From positions 1 through 35,176 of the IMG/VR virus record IMGVR_UViG_3300008964_000232: DNA of 35,176 bases, one strand, 5' to 3'. This stretch comes from a virus (Duplodnaviria; Caudoviricetes). Of this stretch, positions 18,438 through 27,940 are shown piece by piece (position 1 is the first letter of the stretch; the number at the start of each line of letters is the position of its first letter). The position numbers and the translations under genes are program-made. The notes beneath the pieces are model-generated. The model did not search any database. It worked only from the letters and a program-made list of their open reading frames with translations, and had not been told where the DNA came from.

Positions 18438-19466
18438 GTGTTCAATCAATCAATTAAACGTGTAGGCTTTGCCTGCAAATATATGCATCATGATCAAAGC
18501 CTCAAGAAAAAATTACTTGAGGAGATTCAACGTGAATATAGTGAACGTAGCACTACTATTACGTGGTTAAATAGACAGCAGCGTGATGTAGCTGAAGAAC
18601 GTCTTTACGATATTTCACTACACAACGTAGCAGCACTGGAAAGGATGATTCGTTATGTGGGTAACTTACCTCCAACACAACGTATGGTACGCATTGGGTC
18701 CAATCAGCTTCCTGCTTATACTGAGCGTAGCTGGTCTTATTTTTATAGGCAGTCAGATATCCAGGAACGGCTCCAGCGAGCATACGCGAATGTGGGCGAA
18801 GTCGCTCGTAGCCTTGATGTACGCCTGTCTATGCACCCTGGGCAGTTTACTGTGTTGGCTAGCGATAATCCAGAAATTGTAAATAATAGCATAGAGGAGT
18901 TTGAATACCATGCGGATCTCATCAGGTGGATGGGCTACGGTAAAAGTTGGCAAGACTTCAAGTGTAACGTCCACATCTCAGGACGCCAAGGTCCAGCCGG
19001 TATCAAAGCCGTCCTTCCAAGACTGTCTCCAGAAGCACGAAACTGTATTACTATCGAAAACGACGAAAACGCCTGGGGTCTCGAAGCTAGCCTAGAACTA
19101 GAAAAAGATGTTGCACTGGTTGTAGACATCCATCACCATTGGGTAAACAGTGGAGGAGAATATATTGAACCAACGGACGATAGGGTTAAACGAGTTATTG
19201 ATAGCTGGCGTGGTGTTCGGCCTGTTATTCACTACAGCGTATCTAGAGAGGATTTACTGGCCGGCGAAGCAACAGATGTCCGTCCAGACTTTGGATCCCT
19301 AATTAATAGAGGATTTAAAAAGGCAAAACTTCGCGCACACAGCGACTATATGTGGAACAGCGCAGTCAACGAATGGGCCGCTACTTTTAGATCACAATTC
19401 GACATCATGGTAGAGGCAAAGTGTAAAAACTTGGCTAGTATACCGTTCGAGGAATCAGCAGGTTAA
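18438..19466 (+). CDS. uvsE: UV DNA damage endonuclease (UVDE)
   Basis: RVGFAC, RLSMHPGQFTVLAS, IENDE, VDIHHH, HYS, AHSDY, MVEAKCK; GTG start. Confidence 0.92.
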   Translation: MFNQSIKRVGFACKYMHHDQSLKKKLLEEIQREYSERSTTITWLNRQQRDVAEERLYDISLHNVAALERMIRYVGNLPPTQRMVRIGSNQLPAYTERSWSYFYRQSDIQERLQRAYANVGEVARSLDVRLSMHPGQFTVLASDNPEIVNNSIEEFEYHADLIRWMGYGKSWQDFKCNVHISGRQGPAGIKAVLPRLSPEARNCITIENDENAWGLEASLELEKDVALVVDIHHHWVNSGGEYIEPTDDRVKRVIDSWRGVRPVIHYSVSREDLLAGEATDVRPDFGSLINRGFKKAKLRAHSDYMWNSAVNEWAATFRSQFDIMVEAKCKNLASIPFEESAG

Positions 19467-20038
19467 TGAGCAGAGATATTTGGGTAATCAGTGACACACA
19501 TTTTAATCACGCCAATATGTTAAAGTTCACAGACTGGACAGGGGAGTTGACCCGTCCGGGATTTCGTGATGTTGAGCATATGGATGAAATGCTGATGGAC
19601 AACTGGAATAGTGTTGTCAAACCTGGTGATAAAGTTTATCACTTGGGTGATGTCGTAATGGGTCCAGATCCTGAAGGTTGGATGAAAAAGAACTGGAATA
19701 AACTAAACGGTCAAAAGCGTTTGATTGTTGGCAATCATGATAACATCAAAATGCTAAGTAGTGGCGGATGGTTTAGCAAAGTGGAACTATGGCGTCCTTT
19801 CATATCATTCGGCCTACTGTTCAGCCATGTACCACTACACGAAGGTAGTCTAATACGCCCTAAGAGTGCAGATGGTGATACACCAGTAGATAAAGACAAC
19901 CCTGAACTGTGGACATCTGTAATTAATGTTCATGGGCATATACACAGCAATCCCAGTCCAGCGGGACCTTATCGGTGTGTATGTGTGGAACAGATTAATT
20001 ATACGCCAATCAATATTGAAGAATTAAGGATTTGGTAA
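19466..20038 (+). CDS. calcineurin-like metallophosphoesterase
   Basis: ISDTHF, HLGD, GNHD, SHVP, HGHIH. Confidence 0.9.
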   Translation: MSRDIWVISDTHFNHANMLKFTDWTGELTRPGFRDVEHMDEMLMDNWNSVVKPGDKVYHLGDVVMGPDPEGWMKKNWNKLNGQKRLIVGNHDNIKMLSSGGWFSKVELWRPFISFGLLFSHVPLHEGSLIRPKSADGDTPVDKDNPELWTSVINVHGHIHSNPSPAGPYRCVCVEQINYTPINIEELRIW

Positions 20039-20404
20039 ATGAGTGAATGGATAAAAAGAGTAATGAATAATTCAGCAGATACTCTATTTAAAGAGTACAT
20101 TGATGCATGGAATGATCGTGATACATTTGAACTTGGGCGTATGTTCCATGACAATGTAACATTGCGTGATTGGGAAGTAGAAGTCACTGGTCGTGACAGC
20201 GTGATTGGTGCAAACGCAAATATCTGGGCGGCTGTTCCTGATATTAAAATCCGTGTTAAGCATACAGCATTTAATCCAGATACTAAAAAAATCTTTGGAC
20301 GCATTCAAGTGTATAGTGCGCAACAAAACTTTACAATTAATGTTATTGACGTATTGACACTTGAAGATGGTAAGATTATTCAAGTAAGTGCGTATAAACA
20401 GTAA
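20039..20404 (+). CDS. SnoaL/NTF2-like protein
   Basis: YIDAWNDRD...FHDNVTLRD...GRDSV...IDVLTLEDGKIIQV. Confidence 0.75.
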   Translation: MSEWIKRVMNNSADTLFKEYIDAWNDRDTFELGRMFHDNVTLRDWEVEVTGRDSVIGANANIWAAVPDIKIRVKHTAFNPDTKKIFGRIQVYSAQQNFTINVIDVLTLEDGKIIQVSAYKQ

Positions 20405-20406
20405 CT

Positions 20407-21123
20407 ATGAAATATATTTTAAATTGGCCCAGTGGTGGAGGTGGTGATTTTATACTTGCCTTGATATCTATCGCCAAAGGATGGAATACAGAAATAATAC
20501 ATTTGCACAGATTAAATGCATGGAACCATATGTCTAGCAGTGTATTAAAATATCGTACATTTAAATATTACGATGATCTTGAAAAGCATCAAGAACTTTA
20601 TGATAATATGCCAGATGAACATGTATTGCAGACACATACATTGCGTGAATTAAAAATAAACACTGACGATAATACAACCGCCGTCAATATATACGTTGAT
20701 GGCATCTTTCAAGAAACGTTTATTGGAGTATTATGGAAATTTAAGACAGAGCCGATAGATGAAAACGAAGGTATCAATCACATTTACAAAGAGAATGGGT
20801 TCATTGAAGGCGCTGTTAATCTTAGTTATGAAAAATTAATAGTTCAACAAGATGAAACGGAAATAATGCGATTATTTAAAGCATTTAATACTGATATCGT
20901 CAATATTGATATTATCAAACACGCATTGTATCTATACCATAACAAAAATATTAAACTATTACAAATAGCACATAATGAAAACAATATTAATAGGAAAGCA
21001 TTTAGTGATATATTAAACATGGATGATTTAATATTTTCCCTTGAACAGCCCATGCGTAAAACATTAGAAGATCAAATATCACTGCGTGAGTATTTGCCAA
21101 GCACAGGATTTAAAATTAAATGA
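20407..21123 (+). CDS. sulfotransferase-like P-loop protein, paralog 1
   Basis: ILNWPSGGGGDFI, QTH, LSYEKL; AT-rich. Confidence 0.5.
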   Translation: MKYILNWPSGGGGDFILALISIAKGWNTEIIHLHRLNAWNHMSSSVLKYRTFKYYDDLEKHQELYDNMPDEHVLQTHTLRELKINTDDNTTAVNIYVDGIFQETFIGVLWKFKTEPIDENEGINHIYKENGFIEGAVNLSYEKLIVQQDETEIMRLFKAFNTDIVNIDIIKHALYLYHNKNIKLLQIAHNENNINRKAFSDILNMDDLIFSLEQPMRKTLEDQISLREYLPSTGFKIK

Positions 21124-21335
21124 GACGCCCTGGCTGGACATTTAATATTAAAGACAAGATACGGGTGTATCCTGACAGAACCAGGATAATCGAAAAAGAA
21201 ATTACCACATGGCTTCATAATAATACGTCTGGTTATTATGATTATAATTTTCCTGAACTTTATGTTTTCTTGGAAAATTCAGAAGATGCTATGATCTTCA
21301 AACTAAAATTTGGCGAATATATCGAGTCAGTATAA
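21120..21335 (+). CDS. hypothetical protein with EDAMIFKLKF motif
   Basis: ATGA overlap; motif shared with 2486..2689. Confidence 0.7.
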   Translation: MRRPGWTFNIKDKIRVYPDRTRIIEKEITTWLHNNTSGYYDYNFPELYVFLENSEDAMIFKLKFGEYIESV

Positions 21336-21338
21336 ATA
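21331..21338 (+). promoter_or_regulatory. late promoter
   Basis: Exact TATAAATA before the putative head-cargo block. Confidence 0.7.
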
Positions 21339-21361
21339 CCCATAGCAGAGGGTGTATCGCC

Positions 21362-21586
21362 ATGAAAATAGACGAAATCTATAAACTAAAGCGTTTAGCT
21401 GGTATTATTGACAAAGAAGGCAATACTGTTGACGGTGACGACGAGTCAAACATCAGTATTGTTGGTTCTGAAAAGGGCCGCTATCAGCGTGAGAAAAACA
21501 TTAGGCCAGGAACTCCTGAGTGGTTTAAGCTCTGGTTCTCAAAGCCTTATCTGACAGGCGAAAAACCAATGGATAAAGATAAATGA
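21362..21586 (+). CDS. small late protein with MKIDEI leader
   Basis: GAGGG SD; leader shared with downstream genes. Confidence 0.75.
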   Translation: MKIDEIYKLKRLAGIIDKEGNTVDGDDESNISIVGSEKGRYQREKNIRPGTPEWFKLWFSKPYLTGEKPMDKDK

Positions 21587-23208
21587 GAATTACAGAAGTA
21601 GACACTCCAGTAACACAGCCACAACTTGATGCACTTGAAAAAGTGTTGGATCGAGTATTTTCTCAACTAGGAATTGATGTTGAATTTACACGACACTTCC
21701 TAGACCGTGTTAATGATGAACGTAACATTAAACAAATTACACTTAGTGAGCTTGGACAGCTATTTAAAAAAGAATTTATGAAATGGGGTAAACCCATTGC
21801 ACGTCTTGGCCCAGATGCTGAAGCCGTTATGAAGGACTTATCTAGCGATATTAATATTCCCTTCGCGCTAAACTGGAACAAGGGAAGCGGTATGCTTGAA
21901 CTGGTAGCCAAGACTGTAATGCGCAAAAAGAACTTCCGTACACCAAACAAAGAGTTTCCTGTTGAAAGTGTCATGGAAGCTGAAGGTAAAAATACACACC
22001 TTGAGCATTTGGAAGATGAAATTATTAATGCTGGCCATGATGGAGCACAGCGCATTATCGCTTACCTAAAAAGTTTAGAGAGTATGCTACAAGGACACGG
22101 TGGTAAAGGAACAAACGTTACCGTTAAGTGGGATGGCGCACCAGCAATTATTTGTGGTATTGATCCAGAAGATGGCAAGTTCTTTGTAGGCACCAAGGGC
22201 GTGTTTGCTAAAAGTCCAAAGCTAATCAAATCAGTGCAAGATGTTGAACAGTTCTTCCCAGATCAACAGGAACAAGGCGATCGTGCAAATCTACGTAACA
22301 AACTAAAAATTACGTTTACTAGCCTAAGCAAGCTAGGCATAGAGGGCGTTATGCAAGGCGATCTATTGTTTACTCCAGACAGTTTAAAAACAGTTGATAT
22401 TGCTGGTGATTCATACGTAGCATTTAAGCCAAACACCATTACATACGCAGTACCACTGGGTAGTGATTTGGCGACACGTATTCAAAACAGTGCAATGGGT
22501 ATTATTTTCCATACACGTTACAGCGGCGGTGAAACACTGGCTGACATGAGTGCAAGTTTTGATGTAGATGTTAACAAGTTTAAAAATGCATCTGGTATCT
22601 TTGTTGACGATGCTTATTACAAAGACTTAACTGGCGTTGCTACACTAACGACACAGGAAGATGCTGCACTGCGTAAAGCTATCGCAGATGCTGAAAGTTA
22701 TTTAAGCACACTTGATGATCGTACATTTGGTCTACTAAGCAACAGTCCAATCCAAAGTATTGGGGTTGAGCTAAAAGCACACATCAACAGCTATGTACGT
22801 GGAGGTAGTTTTGAACAGGATCCACAGAAATTTGTTGCTGACTTTGTAAAGCGTGTAAACGAAAAAGCAGCGAAGAAAATGGCTGGACTGAAAACAGGTC
22901 CAGAGGGTGCCGCAGGCCAGCGCCTGGCACAAGCAACAGAACAATCCGTACAATGGGTTAACGACAACACTGAACAACTTGTCGCTATGTATGGATTGTA
23001 TATGAGAATTATTGCCGCAAAATTGTTAATTGTTAAAAAACTACGCGGTATTGGTAGTATTGAAAGTTTCTTGCAACAGGGAGACGGCAGCTACAAAGTG
23101 ACATCACCAGAAGGTTATGTCGCAATTGACCATATGGGTAATGCAGTAAAGCTCGTTGACCGACTAGAGTTTAGTGCAGCCAACTTTGGTGATAAAGAAT
23201 TTGGTTAA
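21583..23208 (+). CDS. fusion of a RegB/RelE-like domain and an ATP-dependent ligase-like nucleotidyltransferase (DUF6267-like)
   Basis: N domain EFTRHFLDR...VAKTVMRK; linker PVESVME; C domain TVKWDG (I), MQGDLL (III), EGYV (IV), VKLV (V). Confidence 0.6.
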   Translation: MRITEVDTPVTQPQLDALEKVLDRVFSQLGIDVEFTRHFLDRVNDERNIKQITLSELGQLFKKEFMKWGKPIARLGPDAEAVMKDLSSDINIPFALNWNKGSGMLELVAKTVMRKKNFRTPNKEFPVESVMEAEGKNTHLEHLEDEIINAGHDGAQRIIAYLKSLESMLQGHGGKGTNVTVKWDGAPAIICGIDPEDGKFFVGTKGVFAKSPKLIKSVQDVEQFFPDQQEQGDRANLRNKLKITFTSLSKLGIEGVMQGDLLFTPDSLKTVDIAGDSYVAFKPNTITYAVPLGSDLATRIQNSAMGIIFHTRYSGGETLADMSASFDVDVNKFKNASGIFVDDAYYKDLTGVATLTTQEDAALRKAIADAESYLSTLDDRTFGLLSNSPIQSIGVELKAHINSYVRGGSFEQDPQKFVADFVKRVNEKAAKKMAGLKTGPEGAAGQRLAQATEQSVQWVNDNTEQLVAMYGLYMRIIAAKLLIVKKLRGIGSIESFLQQGDGSYKVTSPEGYVAIDHMGNAVKLVDRLEFSAANFGDKEFG

Positions 23209-23918
23209 TGGAACATTATTTGGTTGTATACATGACAGGCCATTCTGGGCAATGGCTTACGTGGTTTATTGATCAACATAAAAATTTTCCAAAATATAAA
23301 ACATACCTTGAGTGTAATGAAAACGGCGCCTGTGATTATAAATCTCCTGGCACACATTGGCTTAATTCTACAGTTGATAGCTATCCAGATCATGAGTCAG
23401 ATGGTGAGTTTGATGTATCAAATTTTGATAGTAGTTTTGAAACATATACAAAAAGTTGGATACCATTATATACACAGGATATATCGTCTACAAAAAATGC
23501 ACTTCAGTTAATTGAATATCACGAATTGTGGATGAAGTCTAAAGACGAAATATCTGCTATCGTCAATGAGATAAATCCTGCAGGAATAATTGTTGTTTAT
23601 ATAGATCCCAGCAACACATGGACGACCCCTATTGAAAATAGATCACATAATTTATTTAAAAATGTAGCGCCCGCATGGGCTACGATAGAAACAACAAAAA
23701 CTATAACATGGGAATGGTATTCAGAGATTTATGTTGGTAGATTTTTTGATTTTCTTTCTGACAAATATAGATTACATTATTTGAATATTGGTAATATATT
23801 AGATTGTGATATTAATGAATATAAGTCATTATTGGAATTCATTGATGAGGAACCTATTAATAATTACGAGTATCTTACTAAGGATATGATAGAAAAGGTT
23901 TATAAAAAATATGTCTGA
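23208..23918 (+). CDS. sulfotransferase-like protein, paralog 2
   Basis: LVVYMTGHSGQWLTWFIDQH; C-terminal EYKSLLEFI-x3-P shared with the next gene. Confidence 0.5.
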   Translation: MEHYLVVYMTGHSGQWLTWFIDQHKNFPKYKTYLECNENGACDYKSPGTHWLNSTVDSYPDHESDGEFDVSNFDSSFETYTKSWIPLYTQDISSTKNALQLIEYHELWMKSKDEISAIVNEINPAGIIVVYIDPSNTWTTPIENRSHNLFKNVAPAWATIETTKTITWEWYSEIYVGRFFDFLSDKYRLHYLNIGNILDCDINEYKSLLEFIDEEPINNYEYLTKDMIEKVYKKYV

Positions 23919-24546
23919 AATTTTTATTTTAGGTTGTTACAGCGGATCTCCTATTAGACAACTTACACATTTTGTTAATAGGCACGAAGGAATGTTTTGC
24001 GCTGAGATAGAAGCAACCGGTATATATGGAAACACTGAAACAGTGTGGTATTATGGTCGTGACACTTTTGAAGAATATACTGCTTCAATAAATTACGACA
24101 ACAGTAAATCTTTAGCAGTATCACTTCGCCCTGAACCGGACCTATGGGCTGATATTTTTGCTGAAGAATTTAGACCAATTGGAGTTGGAAGTAATGTATC
24201 AAAAATACTAATATTTACTATCCCAAACTCGCCAGAATCAGATGCTATGTTTGACCGTATCTGGAAAATATCAGAAGTATCAGATGTATTGTATTATGAA
24301 TCTATACCTATAATGATATCAACAAATGCTGAGTATAATTTAGAAATACCTGAACGATTTGAAATATTTCAGTCAGCACACCAATTTGAGTACGGGTTCG
24401 TTGATATGATAAAGATTTTAAACAAGGACGAAACTGAATATCATAAAATGTTAGACTTTCTTGGATTGAAACCTTTAGAAAACTGGACTAAGATAATTGA
24501 TTATGTCAACGATCAATTCTTTAATACAAGTTTAAAAACATTTTAA
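23911..24546 (+). CDS. sulfotransferase-like protein, paralog 3
   Basis: ILGCYSGSPIRQLTHFVNRH; EYHKMLDFLGLKP. Confidence 0.45.
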   Translation: MSEIFILGCYSGSPIRQLTHFVNRHEGMFCAEIEATGIYGNTETVWYYGRDTFEEYTASINYDNSKSLAVSLRPEPDLWADIFAEEFRPIGVGSNVSKILIFTIPNSPESDAMFDRIWKISEVSDVLYYESIPIMISTNAEYNLEIPERFEIFQSAHQFEYGFVDMIKILNKDETEYHKMLDFLGLKPLENWTKIIDYVNDQFFNTSLKTF

Positions 24547-24558
24547 ATAAATAGTAAT

Positions 24559-24759
24559 ATGAAGATTAGTGATATCATATCAGAAGGTGTGGGTCGAATA
24601 GTGAGTGGAGTAAACACTACTGTAGACGTTAAGCCAGGTGAGACTGAACGCCAAGCCAAGAAGTTTTTTGGCGGCGATGGTAAACCAAAGTTGCTGGGCG
24701 GCAGTAGCGTTCACAAGCTATACAATATGGGATTAGCAGAGCAGCGTAAAGGAACCTAG
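24559..24759 (+). CDS. small putative internal head protein (MKISDIISE leader)
   Basis: ATAAATA (24547-24553) 5 nt before the ATG; I-S-E site. Confidence 0.7.
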   Translation: MKISDIISEGVGRIVSGVNTTVDVKPGETERQAKKFFGGDGKPKLLGGSSVHKLYNMGLAEQRKGT

Positions 24760-24760
24760 C

Positions 24761-24880
24761 ATGTATACAGACGCATTTGTAGAGTTTTATGTAGCAAAGA
24801 TTAAAGAACACGAAGCAGCGAGGATGTCTACAAATGATCGAAATATGTTTTGGCGAGAATACTGGGAAAATAAAAAATGA
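24761..24880 (+). CDS. 39-aa hypothetical protein (not in ORF track)
   Basis: AAAGGA SD; MYTDAFVEFYVAKIKEHEAARMSTNDRNMFWREYWENKK*; ATGA overlap with the next gene. Confidence 0.65.
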   Translation: MYTDAFVEFYVAKIKEHEAARMSTNDRNMFWREYWENKK

Positions 24881-26328
24881 AAATAAATGAATTTACTGAG
24901 GGCAAGAACCCACTATTTAAGATTAATAAGTTTCTGGACGATAAAAAGAAACGTGAAGAGTATGCTCGCAAACTACAGCAACAGTCAGTGAAAACGGATA
25001 ATAACGTCAACGAAGACTTTGGTTCAATTCCAGCACTCACCGACCTTATTGTTATGGCGGTTGTTGGGCAGACCACAGTAGCAGCATTGAAGGCAGCATA
25101 CAAGACAGGAAAGTATGCTCTAAAGTTGAAGCGACTTGCCGACAAAGCAGGTGTAAAACTCAACAATGCTGTTATGGGTGAATCAAATCCATTTACTGAT
25201 GCCAGAATGAATGCTATTAAAGCAGGTAAAAAAGAGTTTACTGTAAACGGTAAAAAGTATCAGGTAACTGGTGATACAAGTGATGAACGAGAAGCTATAG
25301 AATTAGACGAAGACATACCAGACATGGCACCGGTATATAGAAACATAAAATCAGGTATAAATGATGCATATGGTACAATAGACGAACTTGATTTTATAAT
25401 CTTAAAATTACAAAAAACCATTGCAGAAGAATATGGGGAAGATGATGTACCAGATGAGTATCTAAAACCATTGAATTTCATTACTAATACGAGCCAAAAA
25501 ATTACTAGTGCATTACGTCATATTGCAGATATTGCAAAAAATGATGAAATATTTGAAGCAGTAAACCGTGATGAATATACAGCAACCCTAGCAGCAAAAC
25601 AAAACGATAAATTCTTTGCGGCAGCACTAGCAGCACTAGATCGTCTTGTAAAGAGCGATCCACGTGGTCAAGACGTTGGCGGTTATGCTTTTGATATTGC
25701 ACGTGCATTTAATGGTGTTAATGGTAAAGAACTAGTAGCGGCGTACAGTGCAAGTGCAATGAACGAAGAAAGCGGTAAAACTATCCAAGTAAGTGAATTA
25801 GACACTCTTAAACTTCCAGATATTGCAGTTGGCGACGAAGTGATGGTGGGTAAGTTTAAAAATCGTAAAGCAGAAGTCAAAGGCTTTAGCAAAGATGCCC
25901 ATAATCAACCAGTATTAAAAACAACCAAGGGTGATCAAAAACTATTTAAACCTAGATTATCTAAACTAACCTCAATGAACGAGGAAAACGGTAAAGAGAT
26001 GCTGCAAATCTTTAGAGGTATGCATCACGATGCTGGCATGAATAAAAATATGGATCGTTACATACAATCCCATGATTGGAAACTAGGGGATTTTACGCCC
26101 GACATGTTCCCAAGCGAAGAAGAGTTTTTTGATTACGACGATCCATTTGATCGTATTATTGATATTGACTACAGCCACCGTGTAAATCTATCACAACCAA
26201 TTATTGTTGGTCCACAGTTTAGCGATGGCAAGTATAGTGTTATTGATGGCAATCACCGTGCAGCATCAGCACAAAAGATGGGTAAAACTATCCAAGCATA
26301 TTTTCCTATTAATACAAAAGAAAAATGA
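24877..26328 (+). CDS. modular putative head polyprotein with a C-terminal ParB/Srx-like domain
   Basis: MKINEFTE leader; VNE, MGE, LDE, IFE, MNE linkers; PIIV...YSVIDGNHR. Confidence 0.7.
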   Translation: MKINEFTEGKNPLFKINKFLDDKKKREEYARKLQQQSVKTDNNVNEDFGSIPALTDLIVMAVVGQTTVAALKAAYKTGKYALKLKRLADKAGVKLNNAVMGESNPFTDARMNAIKAGKKEFTVNGKKYQVTGDTSDEREAIELDEDIPDMAPVYRNIKSGINDAYGTIDELDFIILKLQKTIAEEYGEDDVPDEYLKPLNFITNTSQKITSALRHIADIAKNDEIFEAVNRDEYTATLAAKQNDKFFAAALAALDRLVKSDPRGQDVGGYAFDIARAFNGVNGKELVAAYSASAMNEESGKTIQVSELDTLKLPDIAVGDEVMVGKFKNRKAEVKGFSKDAHNQPVLKTTKGDQKLFKPRLSKLTSMNEENGKEMLQIFRGMHHDAGMNKNMDRYIQSHDWKLGDFTPDMFPSEEEFFDYDDPFDRIIDIDYSHRVNLSQPIIVGPQFSDGKYSVIDGNHRAASAQKMGKTIQAYFPINTKEK

Positions 26329-26705
26329 AACTAGAGTTACGTAGGTTACATCAACGAGACTTTTATAAACTAACGGCGATTGTAGACCAAAATATAGCAA
26401 CTGCTGCGAGTCTGGAATGGCCGTTCGTTCGTGATGCAGCTAATATGTTTATAAATGATTACTACACCTGGGGAATATGGTTAAATAGTGGTATACTAGT
26501 AGGGGCGCTGGAAATCAAAGAGGATTGCGAGACAGCATATTTTGTAGCTAAACAATGGCAGGGCCAGGGTATTGCTACATGGGCAGTAAAACGTGCTAAA
26601 GAATTATTTGCTGATCGTCAACTTTGGTGCTTGATTCATCCAGCCAACCGTGCTAGTTTACGTGTAGCACAGAAGGCTGTTATGCGTATACAATACCTAC
26701 AGTGA
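26325..26705 (+). CDS. GNAT acetyltransferase (RimJ/RimL-like)
   Basis: QWQGQGIAT motif A; HPANRASLRVAQK motif B. Confidence 0.85.
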   Translation: MKLELRRLHQRDFYKLTAIVDQNIATAASLEWPFVRDAANMFINDYYTWGIWLNSGILVGALEIKEDCETAYFVAKQWQGQGIATWAVKRAKELFADRQLWCLIHPANRASLRVAQKAVMRIQYLQ

Positions 26706-26714
26706 GGCTTAATC

Positions 26715-26957
26715 ATGTCACGCAAAAAATTTAATCCAGACGACCTTGACGAAACAGTTGGTCCTATGAATCATGTAGCAAAGGAAGACGCTATGGTTTG
26801 GGCAGGCGTTAAAAATCCAGACAACATGAACGAATACGAAAAGCGTACAGTAGTAGTCAAAAAGCAAAATATTAAGAAGTCTACAGTTAAAAATGAACGT
26901 AGACTAAGTAAAAACATAATCAAAAATTTAGACGACAGTAATAATGATAGAAAATAA
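26715..26957 (+). CDS. basic hypothetical protein
   Basis: GAGG SD; 80 aa. Confidence 0.7.
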   Translation: MSRKKFNPDDLDETVGPMNHVAKEDAMVWAGVKNPDNMNEYEKRTVVVKKQNIKKSTVKNERRLSKNIIKNLDDSNNDRK

Positions 26958-26977
26958 TGATAGAAAATAATGATAGA
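26940..26977 (+). repeat. 13-nt tandem repeat x3 across a stop/start junction
   Basis: AATAATGATAGAA AATAATGATAGAA AATAATGATAGA. Confidence 0.9.
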
Positions 26978-27709
26978 CAAGTAATATTTGTATCTAACCC
27001 AATTGGTCATGGCGGTAACTATTTTGCATGGGCGTTACAGGACGCGATGGGTTATGATTACTATATATTAAAAGCAGGTCCTAACCGAGATTTTACCGCA
27101 GGAGAAAAAGACGATACTACTTTATCATTGGATAGGGATCCTTATTGGACAAATTCAGGTGTTGTTGGAAACAATTTACGTTTAATGAGTTTTCTATTAG
27201 ACCCTTACAAACACGAAATATTTGAAAGAGAAAAATACGACAATGAGATAGCTGGTGCTGATGATTCTAATCGTACATCTAGAATTTATAATTTCGTAAT
27301 AGAACAAATAAAATTGATGATAAATTCTAAAAAATTTATATTTTTAGATAATATTAAAACAGTAATAATACAAAACGAGCATTTTATACTAATGCCAGAA
27401 ATAGAGAATAATGATATGTTATTCTTTATTACAGATGCTGACAGTTATTTAAAACGTTTTAATATTGAACGATTTAATAGTGAAAGACCACAGCAGTATT
27501 TAGAAACTATGATAGGCTGGTTTAATCATATAGATAAAGATAATATGAATCCATATCATTTCATAATTAATATGGAGGATATGATTTGTAATAAAAACTA
27601 TGACTTTATTGAACATCTTAAAGAAAAAGATCGTGTAGACGTGGACAAATTACACAAAAATATGCTCGTATGGCATGAGTTTATACTCGAAAAGAACTTA
27701 AATAAGTGA
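26957..27709 (+). CDS. sulfotransferase-like protein, paralog 4
   Basis: IFVSNPIGHGGNYFAWAL, NEH, INMEDM; AT-rich. Confidence 0.5.
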   Translation: MIENNDRQVIFVSNPIGHGGNYFAWALQDAMGYDYYILKAGPNRDFTAGEKDDTTLSLDRDPYWTNSGVVGNNLRLMSFLLDPYKHEIFEREKYDNEIAGADDSNRTSRIYNFVIEQIKLMINSKKFIFLDNIKTVIIQNEHFILMPEIENNDMLFFITDADSYLKRFNIERFNSERPQQYLETMIGWFNHIDKDNMNPYHFIINMEDMICNKNYDFIEHLKEKDRVDVDKLHKNMLVWHEFILEKNLNK

Positions 27710-27727
27710 GTTAGCATAAATACATAC

Positions 27728-27940
27728 ATGAAGATATCTGATATTTTAAACCTAAACGAAGACGCATCTGCGGGTGCTACTAGCGCAGGCAACATTGCTA
27801 GCGTAAATTTTCCTTTATTCGGTGATAAAAAAATGATACGACGAGCTGTTGACCCTAACGGATACTTGGGCAGCGGTAAACAAAAAAAGCGTAGCACAGG
27901 CTACGTACACCCAGTTAAAGTTAGAGGTAACGACAAATGA
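27728..27940 (+). CDS. small putative internal head protein (MKISDILNLNE leader)
   Basis: ATAAATA (27716-27722) 5 nt before the ATG; L-N-E followed by DASAGATSAG. Confidence 0.7.
   Translation: MKISDILNLNEDASAGATSAGNIASVNFPLFGDKKMIRRAVDPNGYLGSGKQKKRSTGYVHPVKVRGNDK

Noticed and set aside
24877-26328. ParABS partition system
   Set aside because: Only an isolated ParB-like module; no ParA, HTH or parS repeats seen
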